Of a stretch of DNA of 64,000 bases, positions 1 to 9,169 are shown one piece after another. Made by a program: the position numbers and the translations under genes. The DNA comes from Candidatus Aminicenantes bacterium (lineage in GTDB: Bacteria > Acidobacteriota > Aminicenantia > Aminicenantales > JAFGBC01), in assembly GCA_963702005.1 (NCBI GenBank), contig OY969696.1, positions 2,240,001 through 2,304,000 of the forward strand. The letters run 5' to 3'. The notes below the pieces were generated by a model. It ran no database searches. It was not told the DNA's origin and saw only the letters and a list, made by a program, of their open reading frames with translations. Every line of letters starts with the position of its first letter. The first letter of the stretch is position 1.

Positions 1-303
1 ATCCGCGAGCTTCTCAGACAGGGCGCTTCTCTGCGGCTCTACGACCCCAAGGCCGCCTCCAACATGAAAGAGCTCTTCCCGGAGGACGGCCAGACCGTGG
101 CCTACGTCTCATCCCCCTACGAAGCGGCCCAGGGCGCCCACATCCTTCTCGTCCTGACCGAATGGGAGGAATTCCGGAAGCTCGACCTGGCGAAGGTCAA
201 GTCGCTCATGGCCAACCCCATCCTCATCGACGGCCGGAACGTCTATGATCCGGCCGCCCTCCGCGTCCTCGGGTTCGAGTACGCCTCAATCGGCCGGAAA
301 TAG
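1..303 (+). CDS. ugd: UDP-glucose/GDP-mannose dehydrogenase family protein, C-terminal part (5' truncated by window edge)
   Basis: Frame is open from base 1 (IRELLRQGASLRLYDPKA...); C-terminal motifs LVLTEWEEF and IDGRNVYD are typical of the UDP-binding domain. Confidence 0.85.
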   Translation: MRELLRQGASLRLYDPKAASNMKELFPEDGQTVAYVSSPYEAAQGAHILLVLTEWEEFRKLDLAKVKSLMANPILIDGRNVYDPAALRVLGFEYASIGRK

Positions 304-486
304 CCGCCCGCGATTTCGGCGTTTACGAATCCTTCCCCCCCCGCGAAGGATATGACTTGGCGATCAACTTCAGAAACGCCCAGGGCCCCCTCGACGCCCG
401 AGGGGGGGCTCCAACTCGGTGTCAGCTATTTGGCGCTGTCGTATTAAGAAGGCAAGTGGGTTACGTTGTCGGTAGTTGAGAGAGGG

Positions 487-2574
487 CTATGACTTAAGCC
501 GGATCGTAAGCGTGTGGATATGATAATCCGAGGCGATGATGATGATGAAGTCGTCCTCGACGACTGCTTCGATCCGGTAGGGGACTGTCCGACCGTCCAG
601 CTTCACCTCGAGTTGTGGAGTTTGTACTTTCTTCCCGTCCTTCGCTTCTGGCCGGAGAGGCCAGGGGCTCAGGATTCGGATTTCGCCCCGTCCGGGGACA
701 TCGCTCGCGTAGCGAAGAGTCAGTTTCCTCCCCGCTTCATTGCATTCGTATTCGTAGGCGGCGAACCGGCCGCAGGCGGGGAGGTCGACGTGAACGCGGC
801 CGTTGTCCGTCCCCAATCGGGGCTCGAGCGACAGGGAGTCGCGTTCGAGACGGACGCCGAAATATCCCTCGACCAGGGCCTGGCCTAGGCTCCCCGCGCT
901 CCCCGCATAATAATCGCTTCCGCGGGGCGCCCCGTCTTTCGTGTCCCACTCGGACAGGCCGATATTGGCGATATTCTTGCGGGCGATTTCGAGCAGCTTG
1001 GCCCGGGCCGTCCGGGCCAATCCGCGCCGGAACATCTCCAGGACCAGCTTGCCGCCGAACCAGTCCCACTGCCCGCCGTTTTGATATTCATAGAGCTCAT
1101 CGAGGGCGGGATGCTTGAAGAAGCCGGCTGGATAGGGCGGGAGGAGGACGCCGCTCACGGTTGAGACTCCGAACTTCAGTTGCCTGTCGAGGGCTATCCT
1201 CATGATTTTTAAAGCTTTATCGTCGCTTGCGATTCCGACGCGCACGGCTTGGACATTCCCGCCCAGGGCGAAGATATCGTCCTCGTCGAAGGGATGTGTC
1301 AAGTCGTCGAGGTGGAGGTGCATCCTGTAGAAACCCTTATCTTCCTGCCAGAGCCGGCGGTTGGCGTTCGCTGAGACGGCTTGGGCGCGCTCGGCCCAGA
1401 GCTTCGATCGCTCCTTGTCGCCGAGTCTTCCCTGGAGCGCGGCCAGCGCGCGGGCCGCCTCGACAAACATGGCTTGGTCGTAGATATCCACGGTCCAATG
1501 GGTCGAGTCGCCCGCGTAGATCGCCTTCTGGTCCGCGTCACCGATCTCGACGTCGCCCCAATCGGCGGTATGGGCGCCCGTTACCAAGCCGAGCCGTTTG
1601 TCCCAGCGCTCATGCAGGATGAATTCCATGGCCTCGTCGAGCCTTTGGATGGCGGACTTGCCGGCGATCTGCTCCCGGAGCCAATCCGCGCCGGCGAGCC
1701 GGGCGACTTCGAAAGCGGCCAGGACCGCGCTTGCCTCCTGATCGCTCTCGACCGTGTTCTTGTCCGCGTTGCCCCGGCTGTCGATCCAATCCTCGAGGCC
1801 GCTGTCCTTCCTCTGCCGGGCCAAATGCTCGATCAGCCAGGAGCGAAGCTCGTCGAGGCCATAGAAATTACGCGAGGCGGGGATGATGGTCGCGGCGTCC
1901 CTGAGCCAGACCTGGGGATAGCCCGAGCCCGCGTAAAATCCCCGGATCTCTCCGGTCCGGCCCCGGAAGGCGACCTCGTCACGGCGGAGGGTAATCCGGA
2001 CGAGGCGAAAGAGCTTGTTGAATTCCTCGACCCCCGACTCGATCCTGCTGACGCTGGCCGCCCCGACGTCGAACGGGATCCGATCTTCCGGCCAATCGCG
2101 GGTTTGGACTTCGAGCGGCAGCGTCAGCGTCGGGGACCCGGCGTCCTTGAACCAGGCCAAGCCTTCGCGGACGATGTCGAATTCGAGGAGATAGGAACCT
2201 TTCTCGAGGGGGGCCTTGAGCCGGACTTCGACCCGGGCTTCCCGGCCCGAAGCGATCGGCCCGGGGAGGGGAGTCCGGGGATTGTCGAAGCGGAGGGCCC
2301 GGCCCTTCGCGTCGAGCAAGTGATAGGAGAGAAGGGAGGGATTCCTGCCCGTCGAAACGAGGGACGAGCGGCCTTCGTTTCTGATCGTGATCGCAAGTTC
2401 CAGAGTTTCCGCTTCATAGGCCGCGAGCGTCCGACTCGAGCTCCGGAGCGAAACGCGGTCTTCGGAATTCTCGCGCGAGGACGTTCGCCGTCCGGAACGG
2501 ACGACGAGAGGGAGCGCGATCAGGAACAAAACGGACGTCAGCATCAGCGCGACGGATGGAGCTCTCAGGCTCAT
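487..2574 (-). CDS. Membrane-anchored putative glycoside hydrolase (Ig-like domain plus six-hairpin (alpha/alpha)6 barrel)
   Basis: N-terminal hydrophobic helix, Ig-like segment (LSYHLLD...GSYLLEFDIVREGLAWF), YPQVWLRDA and YQNGGQWDW motifs resembling six-hairpin glycosidases. Confidence 0.55.
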   Translation of the reverse strand: MSLRAPSVALMLTSVLFLIALPLVVRSGRRTSSRENSEDRVSLRSSSRTLAAYEAETLELAITIRNEGRSSLVSTGRNPSLLSYHLLDAKGRALRFDNPRTPLPGPIASGREARVEVRLKAPLEKGSYLLEFDIVREGLAWFKDAGSPTLTLPLEVQTRDWPEDRIPFDVGAASVSRIESGVEEFNKLFRLVRITLRRDEVAFRGRTGEIRGFYAGSGYPQVWLRDAATIIPASRNFYGLDELRSWLIEHLARQRKDSGLEDWIDSRGNADKNTVESDQEASAVLAAFEVARLAGADWLREQIAGKSAIQRLDEAMEFILHERWDKRLGLVTGAHTADWGDVEIGDADQKAIYAGDSTHWTVDIYDQAMFVEAARALAALQGRLGDKERSKLWAERAQAVSANANRRLWQEDKGFYRMHLHLDDLTHPFDEDDIFALGGNVQAVRVGIASDDKALKIMRIALDRQLKFGVSTVSGVLLPPYPAGFFKHPALDELYEYQNGGQWDWFGGKLVLEMFRRGLARTARAKLLEIARKNIANIGLSEWDTKDGAPRGSDYYAGSAGSLGQALVEGYFGVRLERDSLSLEPRLGTDNGRVHVDLPACGRFAAYEYECNEAGRKLTLRYASDVPGRGEIRILSPWPLRPEAKDGKKVQTPQLEVKLDGRTVPYRIEAVVEDDFIIIIASDYHIHTLTIRLKS

Positions 2575-2584
2575 GGAAGGCCTC

Positions 2585-3610
2585 TCAACAAATCCGGGGG
2601 AGGAGCTCGGAGGTAAGCGGTTCGAGGAGTCTCAACCCGCCCGCCGCCGTCTCGCAGAGGACCTCGCCCGGTCGGCCCGGCTTCAGCCCGACCTCGCCGA
2701 TGACGGCCGCCCGCCTTCCCGGGCTGAAGCGCCGTATGTGACTGAGAACCCGGCCGGCGGAAGCCTTGGGCGCAATCAGGACCGCCCGCCCTTCGCAGGC
2801 CATATAGAGGGGATCGATCCCCAGGATCTCGGCCGCGGCCCGGACCGGCCGCGAGAGAGGGATGAGCCCTTCTTCGATCCGGATGGAGAAGGGGAGGCCT
2901 TCGGCCATCTCGGACAGGATGGTCGCCAATCCTCCCCGGGTGACGTCCCGCATCCAGCGGACGCCCATCTTCCAGACCGGGAGGAGGAAGGTCAGCGGCG
3001 CGCAGTCGCTCTTGACGGCGCTCTCCAGACCGAATTCGCCGCGGGCGGCCAGAATGGCCAGGCTGTGATCGCCCAGGGTTCCGGTTAAGATGACCTTGTC
3101 TCCGAGCCGGACTTTCCCGAGATCCGGCCGGCCGATCGCCCATCCCAAGCCCGCGGTCGTGATGAACATCTTGTCGCACTGGCCGCGCCGGACGACCTTG
3201 GTATCGCCCGTCGCCACGACGACGCCGGCCGCGCCGGACGACCTCCGGATCGAGGCCAGGACCCGCCTCACGTCGTCGAGAGGAAGGCCCTCTTCGAGTA
3301 TGACCGATAGGGACAGGAAGCGGGGGACCGCTCCCGACACGACGAGGTCGTTGACCGTTCCGTTGACGCAGAGCGATCCGATGTCGCCGCCCGGGAAGAA
3401 AAGAGGATCGACGACGTATCCGTCCGTGGTGAAAACGAGATTCCGGTCGAGGCGGCTCGCGTCGGGAAGCCCTTTCAGATAGCGATTCCCCAGGGCGGGA
3501 AGGACGGCCCGGTCGATGAACTCGCGCATCAGCCGTCCTCCGCTCCCGATCTCGAGGCTGATTCTTTCGGACCGGCCGGGTTTCTCAGCGGGCTTTTGGC
3601 GTCCGGCCAC
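2585..3610 (-). CDS. hypE: Hydrogenase maturation protein HypE
   Basis: GSGG, FFPGGDIGSL, NGTVNDL, GDTKVV, MRDVTRGG and C-terminal LPRIC; GTG start at 3610 preceded by GGAGGG. Confidence 0.95.
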   Translation of the reverse strand: MAGRQKPAEKPGRSERISLEIGSGGRLMREFIDRAVLPALGNRYLKGLPDASRLDRNLVFTTDGYVVDPLFFPGGDIGSLCVNGTVNDLVVSGAVPRFLSLSVILEEGLPLDDVRRVLASIRRSSGAAGVVVATGDTKVVRRGQCDKMFITTAGLGWAIGRPDLGKVRLGDKVILTGTLGDHSLAILAARGEFGLESAVKSDCAPLTFLLPVWKMGVRWMRDVTRGGLATILSEMAEGLPFSIRIEEGLIPLSRPVRAAAEILGIDPLYMACEGRAVLIAPKASAGRVLSHIRRFSPGRRAAVIGEVGLKPGRPGEVLCETAAGGLRLLEPLTSELLPRIC

Positions 3611-4718
3611 GTTTCCCTCCCTTGCTGGCGTATTTGAAATGGATGAGACAGGCGCCTTCGTAGGACACCATGCAGGGGCCATGCGGAGCGTCGGGCCTGC
3701 ATTTCACGGAGAAGAGGGGACAGTCCGGCGGCGAAGCCGCTCCCCGCAGGATCGCGCCGCAGCGGCAGCCCGGAAGGTCGGAGCTCTCCTCGTCAAGAGA
3801 CAATCCGTGGCGGCTGAGGGCGTCGTAGCGCGCATAAGCTTTCCTGAGGCTCAATCCGCTCCGGGGGATGCGGCCCAGGCCGCGCCAGACCGCGTCGCGC
3901 GGTTCGAAGATCGAAGCCATGGCCTTCTGGGCCTTGATGTTTCCTTCGGGCCGCACGACCCGGCCGTAGGCGTTGGCGACCCGGGGGCGGCCTTCGAGGA
4001 TCTGTCCCAGCACGGACCTCAGCCCCAGCAGGATGTCGGCCGGTTCGAATCCGGTGACGGCGCCCGGGAGCCCGAACTCGGCCGGGATGAACTCGAAGGG
4101 CTTCAGGCCCGTTATGGCGCTGACGTGGCCGGGGTAGAGGAATCCGTCGACTTTGACTTCGCCCGCTCGGCACAGGGCCCGGAGCGGGGGTTCGATCAGC
4201 CAGAGGGCGGCCAGGATCGAATAGTTCCGGAGGCGTTTCCGGCGGGCCTCCCTAACGGTGAGGCCGATCGAAGGGATGGTCGTCTCGAACCCTGCCGCGA
4301 AGAAGACGACGTCGCGGGACGGATTGCGGAGGGCGAGCTCCAGGGATTCGGCGGGCGAATAGACGATCTGGAGCCGGGAGCCGCGGGCCGGGACGGCCCG
4401 CTGCAGGGAGCCGCGCCGGGTCGGGACCCGAGTCATGTCCCCGAACGCGGCCAGGATGACATTCTCCCGGTTGGTGAGGAAGTCCAGGGCGGCCTCATGG
4501 TAGGCGTCCGGGGTGATGCAGACGGGGCAACCCGGCCCCGAGACCATTTCGACGCCCGCCTCGGAGAGGAGGGGCTTGAGGCCGTAGCGGTGGATGGTCA
4601 TGGTGTGCGTCCCGCACACCTCCATGATCCGGACGGCTCCGCCCGGGACCCGGGCGGTCAGCCCGGAGACCTCCCGGAGAAGGCTCCCGATGATCTTCTT
4701 GTCGCGGAAAGGCTCCAT
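3585..4718 (-). CDS. hypD: Hydrogenase maturation protein HypD
   Basis: MEVCGTH, GPGCPVC, GFETT, PGHVS and C-terminal Fe-S cysteines (GPCMVSYEGAC). Confidence 0.96.
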   Translation of the reverse strand: MEPFRDKKIIGSLLREVSGLTARVPGGAVRIMEVCGTHTMTIHRYGLKPLLSEAGVEMVSGPGCPVCITPDAYHEAALDFLTNRENVILAAFGDMTRVPTRRGSLQRAVPARGSRLQIVYSPAESLELALRNPSRDVVFFAAGFETTIPSIGLTVREARRKRLRNYSILAALWLIEPPLRALCRAGEVKVDGFLYPGHVSAITGLKPFEFIPAEFGLPGAVTGFEPADILLGLRSVLGQILEGRPRVANAYGRVVRPEGNIKAQKAMASIFEPRDAVWRGLGRIPRSGLSLRKAYARYDALSRHGLSLDEESSDLPGCRCGAILRGAASPPDCPLFSVKCRPDAPHGPCMVSYEGACLIHFKYASKGGKRGRTPKAR

Positions 4719-4730
4719 GGATACGTTCGG

Positions 4731-4982
4731 TCAGGCGCGACGCTTGGGAGAGCGATTCGAGGCGGCCGGGCCGGCCATCTCCCTGAGGTATCTCAAAGTC
4801 TGGCGCGCTTCCGCCGCGTCGAGCTTGGCGATGGCGAAACCGGCATGGACGATGACCCAGTCGCCGACCCGGACATCTTCGAGAAGGGACAGGTCGACTT
4901 TAATCTTCGTGCCCAGATAGTCGATCCGGCCCTGGGAACCGGGTCCGGCGCTGAGAACCCGGGCGGGAATGGCCAGGCACAT
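4731..4982 (-). CDS. hypC: Hydrogenase assembly chaperone HypC
   Basis: MCLAIP N-terminus and VGDWVIVHAGFAI. Confidence 0.96.
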   Translation of the reverse strand: MCLAIPARVLSAGPGSQGRIDYLGTKIKVDLSLLEDVRVGDWVIVHAGFAIAKLDAAEARQTLRYLREMAGPAASNRSPKRRA

Positions 4983-5043
4983 GGCAGTTTCGCCTCCTTT
5001 GACTTCTTAGATTAGCAGATAAGGCCGAGGCCCGCCACCTCTT

Positions 5044-5072
5044 TTGACAATTCCCGACCGTGTCCATATAAT
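5044..5072 (+). promoter_or_regulatory. Sigma70-type promoter of the uppS operon
   Basis: Exact consensus TTGACA (5044-5049), 17 nt spacer, TATAAT (5067-5072); the ATG is at 5079. Confidence 0.8.
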
Positions 5073-5078
5073 GAAGCG

Positions 5079-5873
5079 ATGATTCCCGACCTTAAGGGCT
5101 TCATCAAGCCCGGATCCGTCGAAGACGAGCTCGTCCGCCGGGTCGATTTCGAGCGTCTTCCCGTCCACATCGCCATCATCATGGACGGGAACGGCCGCTG
5201 GGCCAAACAAAGGAAGCTTCCCCGCGTCGAGGGGCACCGGGCCGGCTCCAAATCCGTCCGGGAGATCGTCGAGGCGAGCGCCCGGCTGGGCGTCAAAGTC
5301 CTCAGCCTCTACGCCTTTTCCAAGGAAAACTGGAAGAGGCCCAAAAAGGAGGTGTCCCTCCTCTGGAAGCTTCTCGAGGATTATCTCAGGAAAGAGGATA
5401 AGGTGCTGGTCGAGAACAGGATCCGGCTTCGAGCCATCGGCCAGCTGAACGGCCTTCCGGCTTCCGCCCGCCGCGAGCTCGATAGGGTCGAAGCCCTGAC
5501 CGCGGCCAACGACAAGATGACCGTCTGCCTCGCCCTCAACTACAGCGGTCGGGCCGAGATCGTGGACGGCGTGCGCCGTCTGCTGGCGGAACGGAGCGCG
5601 GATCCGGCCGCCCTGGACGAGGCCGGCTTCGCCCGCGTCCTCTATACGGCCGGGCTCCCGGACCCCGATCTTCTCATCCGCACCAGCGGCGAGCTGCGGG
5701 TGTCCAACTTCCTGCTCTGGCAGATCGCCTACGCGGAGATCTGGGTGACCCAAGAATTCTGGCCCGATTTCCGGACCCGGCATCTCCTGCAGGCCCTGAT
5801 CGACTACCAGAAAAGAGAAAGGAGGTTCGGGGCGGTCTCGCCCGGCGACGAACCCGTCCCCGAAGACCCATGA
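5079..5873 (+). CDS. uppS: Undecaprenyl diphosphate synthase
   Basis: HIAIIMDGNGRWA, YAFSKENWKRP, DPDLLIRTSGELRVSNFLLWQ. Confidence 0.97.
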   Translation: MIPDLKGFIKPGSVEDELVRRVDFERLPVHIAIIMDGNGRWAKQRKLPRVEGHRAGSKSVREIVEASARLGVKVLSLYAFSKENWKRPKKEVSLLWKLLEDYLRKEDKVLVENRIRLRAIGQLNGLPASARRELDRVEALTAANDKMTVCLALNYSGRAEIVDGVRRLLAERSADPAALDEAGFARVLYTAGLPDPDLLIRTSGELRVSNFLLWQIAYAEIWVTQEFWPDFRTRHLLQALIDYQKRERRFGAVSPGDEPVPEDP

Positions 5874-6673
5874 GCCTGCGTCAGAGAACTTCGACCGCGC
5901 TGGTACTGATCGCCGTGATCGTAGCCGTCATCCAGTGGGCCCCCCGGCTCGTCTATTTCTTCTTCCTCCAGGCCATCATGCTGGCCGCCCTGATGGAATT
6001 CTACAACCTGGCCCGACGCAGGAACCAATATCCCCGGAGAGTGCTTGGAGCGGTCCTGGCCCTTCTCCTCGGGCTCCCTCTGATCGTGCGGGGGGTCTCT
6101 TTCCCGATGGCCCTGTTCGCCGGCTTTCTGCTCACGGCCGTCGTCTTCGTCGTCACTTTCGACACGGTCGAAAAGCTCCCCGCATTCAGCGCGGCCATCA
6201 CGCTGACGATGTTCGGCGCCCTCTACGTCGCCTTTCCGCTCGATTTCTTCTTCGCCCTGCGCGAAGAGAGAGGTCCCTTCACGATTTATTTTCTGTTCTC
6301 GGTCATCTTTCTGGGCGACAGCGGCGCCTATTTCGTCGGAAAGCTCATCGGCCGTCACAAGATGACCCCCCTGGCCAGCCCCAATAAAACCTGGGAAGGG
6401 AGCGTCGCCGGCATTTTGCTCGCCGCGCTGGGGGGGATGGCCGCCCGCCGGGTCTTCCTCCCCGGGCTGGACTTCGGGATGGCCGTCCTGACCGGAGTCG
6501 TCGTCCACGCCGCCGCCCAGGTCAGCGACCCGCTCGAATCCCTGTTCAAGCGGGCCGTCGGCGTCAAGGACTCATCGAACATGCTGCCCGGCCACGGCGG
6601 CTTCCTCGACCGGGTGGACAGCTTCCTCCTGGCCGCGCCCCTGTTTTACTATTTCGTCCGGTTCTTGTGGTGA
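5870..6673 (+). CDS. cdsA: Phosphatidate cytidylyltransferase
   Basis: Polytopic membrane protein with SPNKTWEG and KRAVGVKDSSNMLPGHGGFLDRVDS; ATGA overlap with uppS. Confidence 0.96.
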   Translation: MSLRQRTSTALVLIAVIVAVIQWAPRLVYFFFLQAIMLAALMEFYNLARRRNQYPRRVLGAVLALLLGLPLIVRGVSFPMALFAGFLLTAVVFVVTFDTVEKLPAFSAAITLTMFGALYVAFPLDFFFALREERGPFTIYFLFSVIFLGDSGAYFVGKLIGRHKMTPLASPNKTWEGSVAGILLAALGGMAARRVFLPGLDFGMAVLTGVVVHAAAQVSDPLESLFKRAVGVKDSSNMLPGHGGFLDRVDSFLLAAPLFYYFVRFLW

Positions 6674-7833
6674 TGAAGCGCATCGTCCTTCTCGGCTCGA
6701 CCGGATCGATCGGAACGAACACGCTCCGGATCGTGGAGCGCTTTCCGCACCGCTTCCGGGTGTCGGGCCTAGCGGCTGGCCGCAACCTGAGCCTCCTCGT
6801 CCGCCAGGCGCGGGCGTTCCGTCCTCGGGTCGTCTCGGTCGAGCGCGAGGCCGACGCCGCCAAGGTTCGCCGGGTCTTGGGCGGGCTCAGGATCGAGGTC
6901 CTGGCCGGTCCCGAAGGCGCCGAAGCGCTGGCCAAGCAGGTCGAATCCGACATCGTCGTCTCGGCCATCACGGGCGTTCAAGGCCTGCGGCCGACCCTGG
7001 CCGCGGTCCGGGCCGGCAAAACCGTGGCCTTGGCCAATAAAGAATCCATGGTCGTGGCCGGACCTCTCCTCCGGCGGGAAGCGGCCCGATCCGGGGCCGT
7101 CTTCATTCCCGTCGACAGCGAGCACAGCGGCGTCTTCCAATGCCTGGCCAAAGAGCGCCGGGACGCCGTCCGGAGGGTCATCCTGACCGCGTCGGGCGGC
7201 CCCTTCTGGCGGACGCCTCTGGCCGAGCTCAAGACTAAAACCCCCGAGGAAGCCCTGCGCCATCCGCGCTGGAAGATGGGGCGCAAGGTCACGATCGATT
7301 CGGCGACCCTGATGAACAAGGGATTGGAGCTCATCGAGGCCCGCTGGCTTTTCGGGCTGGCGCCGGAGGATCTCGACGTCCTCATCCACCCCCAGAGCAT
7401 CGTCCACGCCCTGGTCGAGATGAAGGACGGATCGGTCTTGGCCCAGCTGAGCGTCACCGACATGCGGATTCCCATCCTGTTTGCCTTGAGTTATCCCGAC
7501 CGGAGCGAGGCCGTCTTGCCCTCTCTCGATCTTGCCCGGATCGGCACCCTCGAATTCCACCCGGCCGGCGAGAAGCGGTTCCCTCTCCTCGGCCTGGCCC
7601 GTCGGGCGCTGGCGGAGGGGGGGAGCTGGCCGGTCGCCCTCAATGCGGCCAATGAGGTCGCCGTCCGGGCCTTTCTGGAGCGTCGGATACGTTTCGGCGA
7701 CATCGCCGGCCTGGTGCGCCGAACCCTGGACGGGCACGCCCGAACGGACTGCCGGACGATGGGGGACATCCTGGAGGCCGACCGCGCGGCGCGGGCCCTG
7801 GCCTTGGAAAAGCTCAAACTGACGCAGAGGTAA
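6673..7833 (+). CDS. dxr: 1-deoxy-D-xylulose-5-phosphate reductoisomerase
   Basis: LGSTGSIG, ALANKES, PVDSEHS, HPRWKMGRKVTIDSATLMNKGLE; TGATG overlap with cdsA. Confidence 0.97.
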   Translation: MKRIVLLGSTGSIGTNTLRIVERFPHRFRVSGLAAGRNLSLLVRQARAFRPRVVSVEREADAAKVRRVLGGLRIEVLAGPEGAEALAKQVESDIVVSAITGVQGLRPTLAAVRAGKTVALANKESMVVAGPLLRREAARSGAVFIPVDSEHSGVFQCLAKERRDAVRRVILTASGGPFWRTPLAELKTKTPEEALRHPRWKMGRKVTIDSATLMNKGLELIEARWLFGLAPEDLDVLIHPQSIVHALVEMKDGSVLAQLSVTDMRIPILFALSYPDRSEAVLPSLDLARIGTLEFHPAGEKRFPLLGLARRALAEGGSWPVALNAANEVAVRAFLERRIRFGDIAGLVRRTLDGHARTDCRTMGDILEADRAARALALEKLKLTQR

Positions 7834-7837
7834 CGAT

Positions 7838-9169
7838 ATGGCTACCATTCTGGGGACGATCCTGGCTTTCGCCATCGTGTTCGGCATCCTGGTTTTCCTG
7901 CATGAATTCGGCCATTTCTTCATGGGCAAGCTGGTCGGCATTCGGATCGAGGTCTTCTCCTTCGGTTACGGGAAGCGCCTGTTCGGCGTCAAGAAAGGGG
8001 AGACCGACTACAGGGTCAGCATGATCCCGATGGGAGGCTACGTCCGGTTTCTGGGCGAGGGCCTGTTCGAGAAGGACCGCCCGATAGCTGCGGACGACTT
8101 CGCGGCCAAATCGAGACCGGCTCGGTTCGGCGTCATGGTCATGGGTTCGGTCATGAACATCCTGCTGGCCGTCGTCCTGGTGGCGGTCGTCAACATGGGC
8201 GGGGTCACCGTCCCCGTCTATCAGGAGCAGGCCCCCGTCATCGGCTGGATCGAGGCCGGCTCGCCGGCCGCCGCGGCCGACCTCAGGGTCGGCGACGAGA
8301 TCCTGAACATCAACAGCCGTCCGGTCCGGACTTGGGCCGACGTCGAGCTCGCGGTCGGGACGCGGCCGGAGCGGACCCTGACGATCGAGGTCCGTCGCGA
8401 CGGCGCGGTCCTCCCCGTCCAACTCCGGACCGAGAAGCGGACCCGTTACGAAATGGGCTACGCCGGCTTCTACGGAAAGGTTTTGACCCAGATCCTGATG
8501 GTTTCCCCGGGCTCGCCGGCCGAGAAGGCGGGCCTCAAGCCCGGCGACGTCTTCGTCTCGATCGACGGCGAACCGGTCTTTTTCTACAAGTTCGTCGCGA
8601 CGATCGAGCGGAGCCCGGGCCGCGAGCTCGTCGTCGGGATCGAGCGGGAGGGCCGGTCCCTGACGCTCCGGATAACGCCGCGCCTCGAAGGCTCGGTCGG
8701 GAAGATCGGCGTCCCGGTCGCCGCCCAGTCCGTCGAGCGCAAATACGCACCGTTCGCGGCGTTCCGAGAGAGCCTCCGCGAGAACAAGCGGTTGGCCTTC
8801 CTCCTCATCCGCTTCGTCAAGGACCTGTTCACGGGCGAGGCCTCGGCCCGTCAGTTGGGCGGTCCCCTTGAGATCGCCAATTTTTCCTACGCCGCGCTCC
8901 GGATGGGTTTCATGGCCCTCTTGAGCTGGATCGCCTTCATCAGCCTCCAGCTGGGCATCATCAACCTGTTCCCGATTCCCGTCTTCGACGGCGGACAGAT
9001 CTTCGTCATCCTGATCGAGGGAATTCTGCGCCGGGACCTCAGCCCCAAGCTCCGCCAGGTCTGGATGCAGATCGGGTTCGTCATGTTCGCGGCTTTGATC
9101 GCCTTCGTCATCCTTAACGATATCGTCAAGCGGCTGCCCCACGGCTGGGGAAGCCTCGTGCCCTGGTGA
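7838..9169 (+). CDS. rseP: RIP metalloprotease RseP with two PDZ domains
   Basis: HEFGH, NLFPIPVFDGG, two PDZ repeats (GSPAA/GSPAE); conserved synteny after dxr. Confidence 0.95.
   Translation: MATILGTILAFAIVFGILVFLHEFGHFFMGKLVGIRIEVFSFGYGKRLFGVKKGETDYRVSMIPMGGYVRFLGEGLFEKDRPIAADDFAAKSRPARFGVMVMGSVMNILLAVVLVAVVNMGGVTVPVYQEQAPVIGWIEAGSPAAAADLRVGDEILNINSRPVRTWADVELAVGTRPERTLTIEVRRDGAVLPVQLRTEKRTRYEMGYAGFYGKVLTQILMVSPGSPAEKAGLKPGDVFVSIDGEPVFFYKFVATIERSPGRELVVGIEREGRSLTLRITPRLEGSVGKIGVPVAAQSVERKYAPFAAFRESLRENKRLAFLLIRFVKDLFTGEASARQLGGPLEIANFSYAALRMGFMALLSWIAFISLQLGIINLFPIPVFDGGQIFVILIEGILRRDLSPKLRQVWMQIGFVMFAALIAFVILNDIVKRLPHGWGSLVPW

Noticed and set aside
304-486. Two short hairpins between the convergent ugd and glycosidase-like genes
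   Set aside because: No U tract and no recognisable RNA motif; likely generic 3'-end structures
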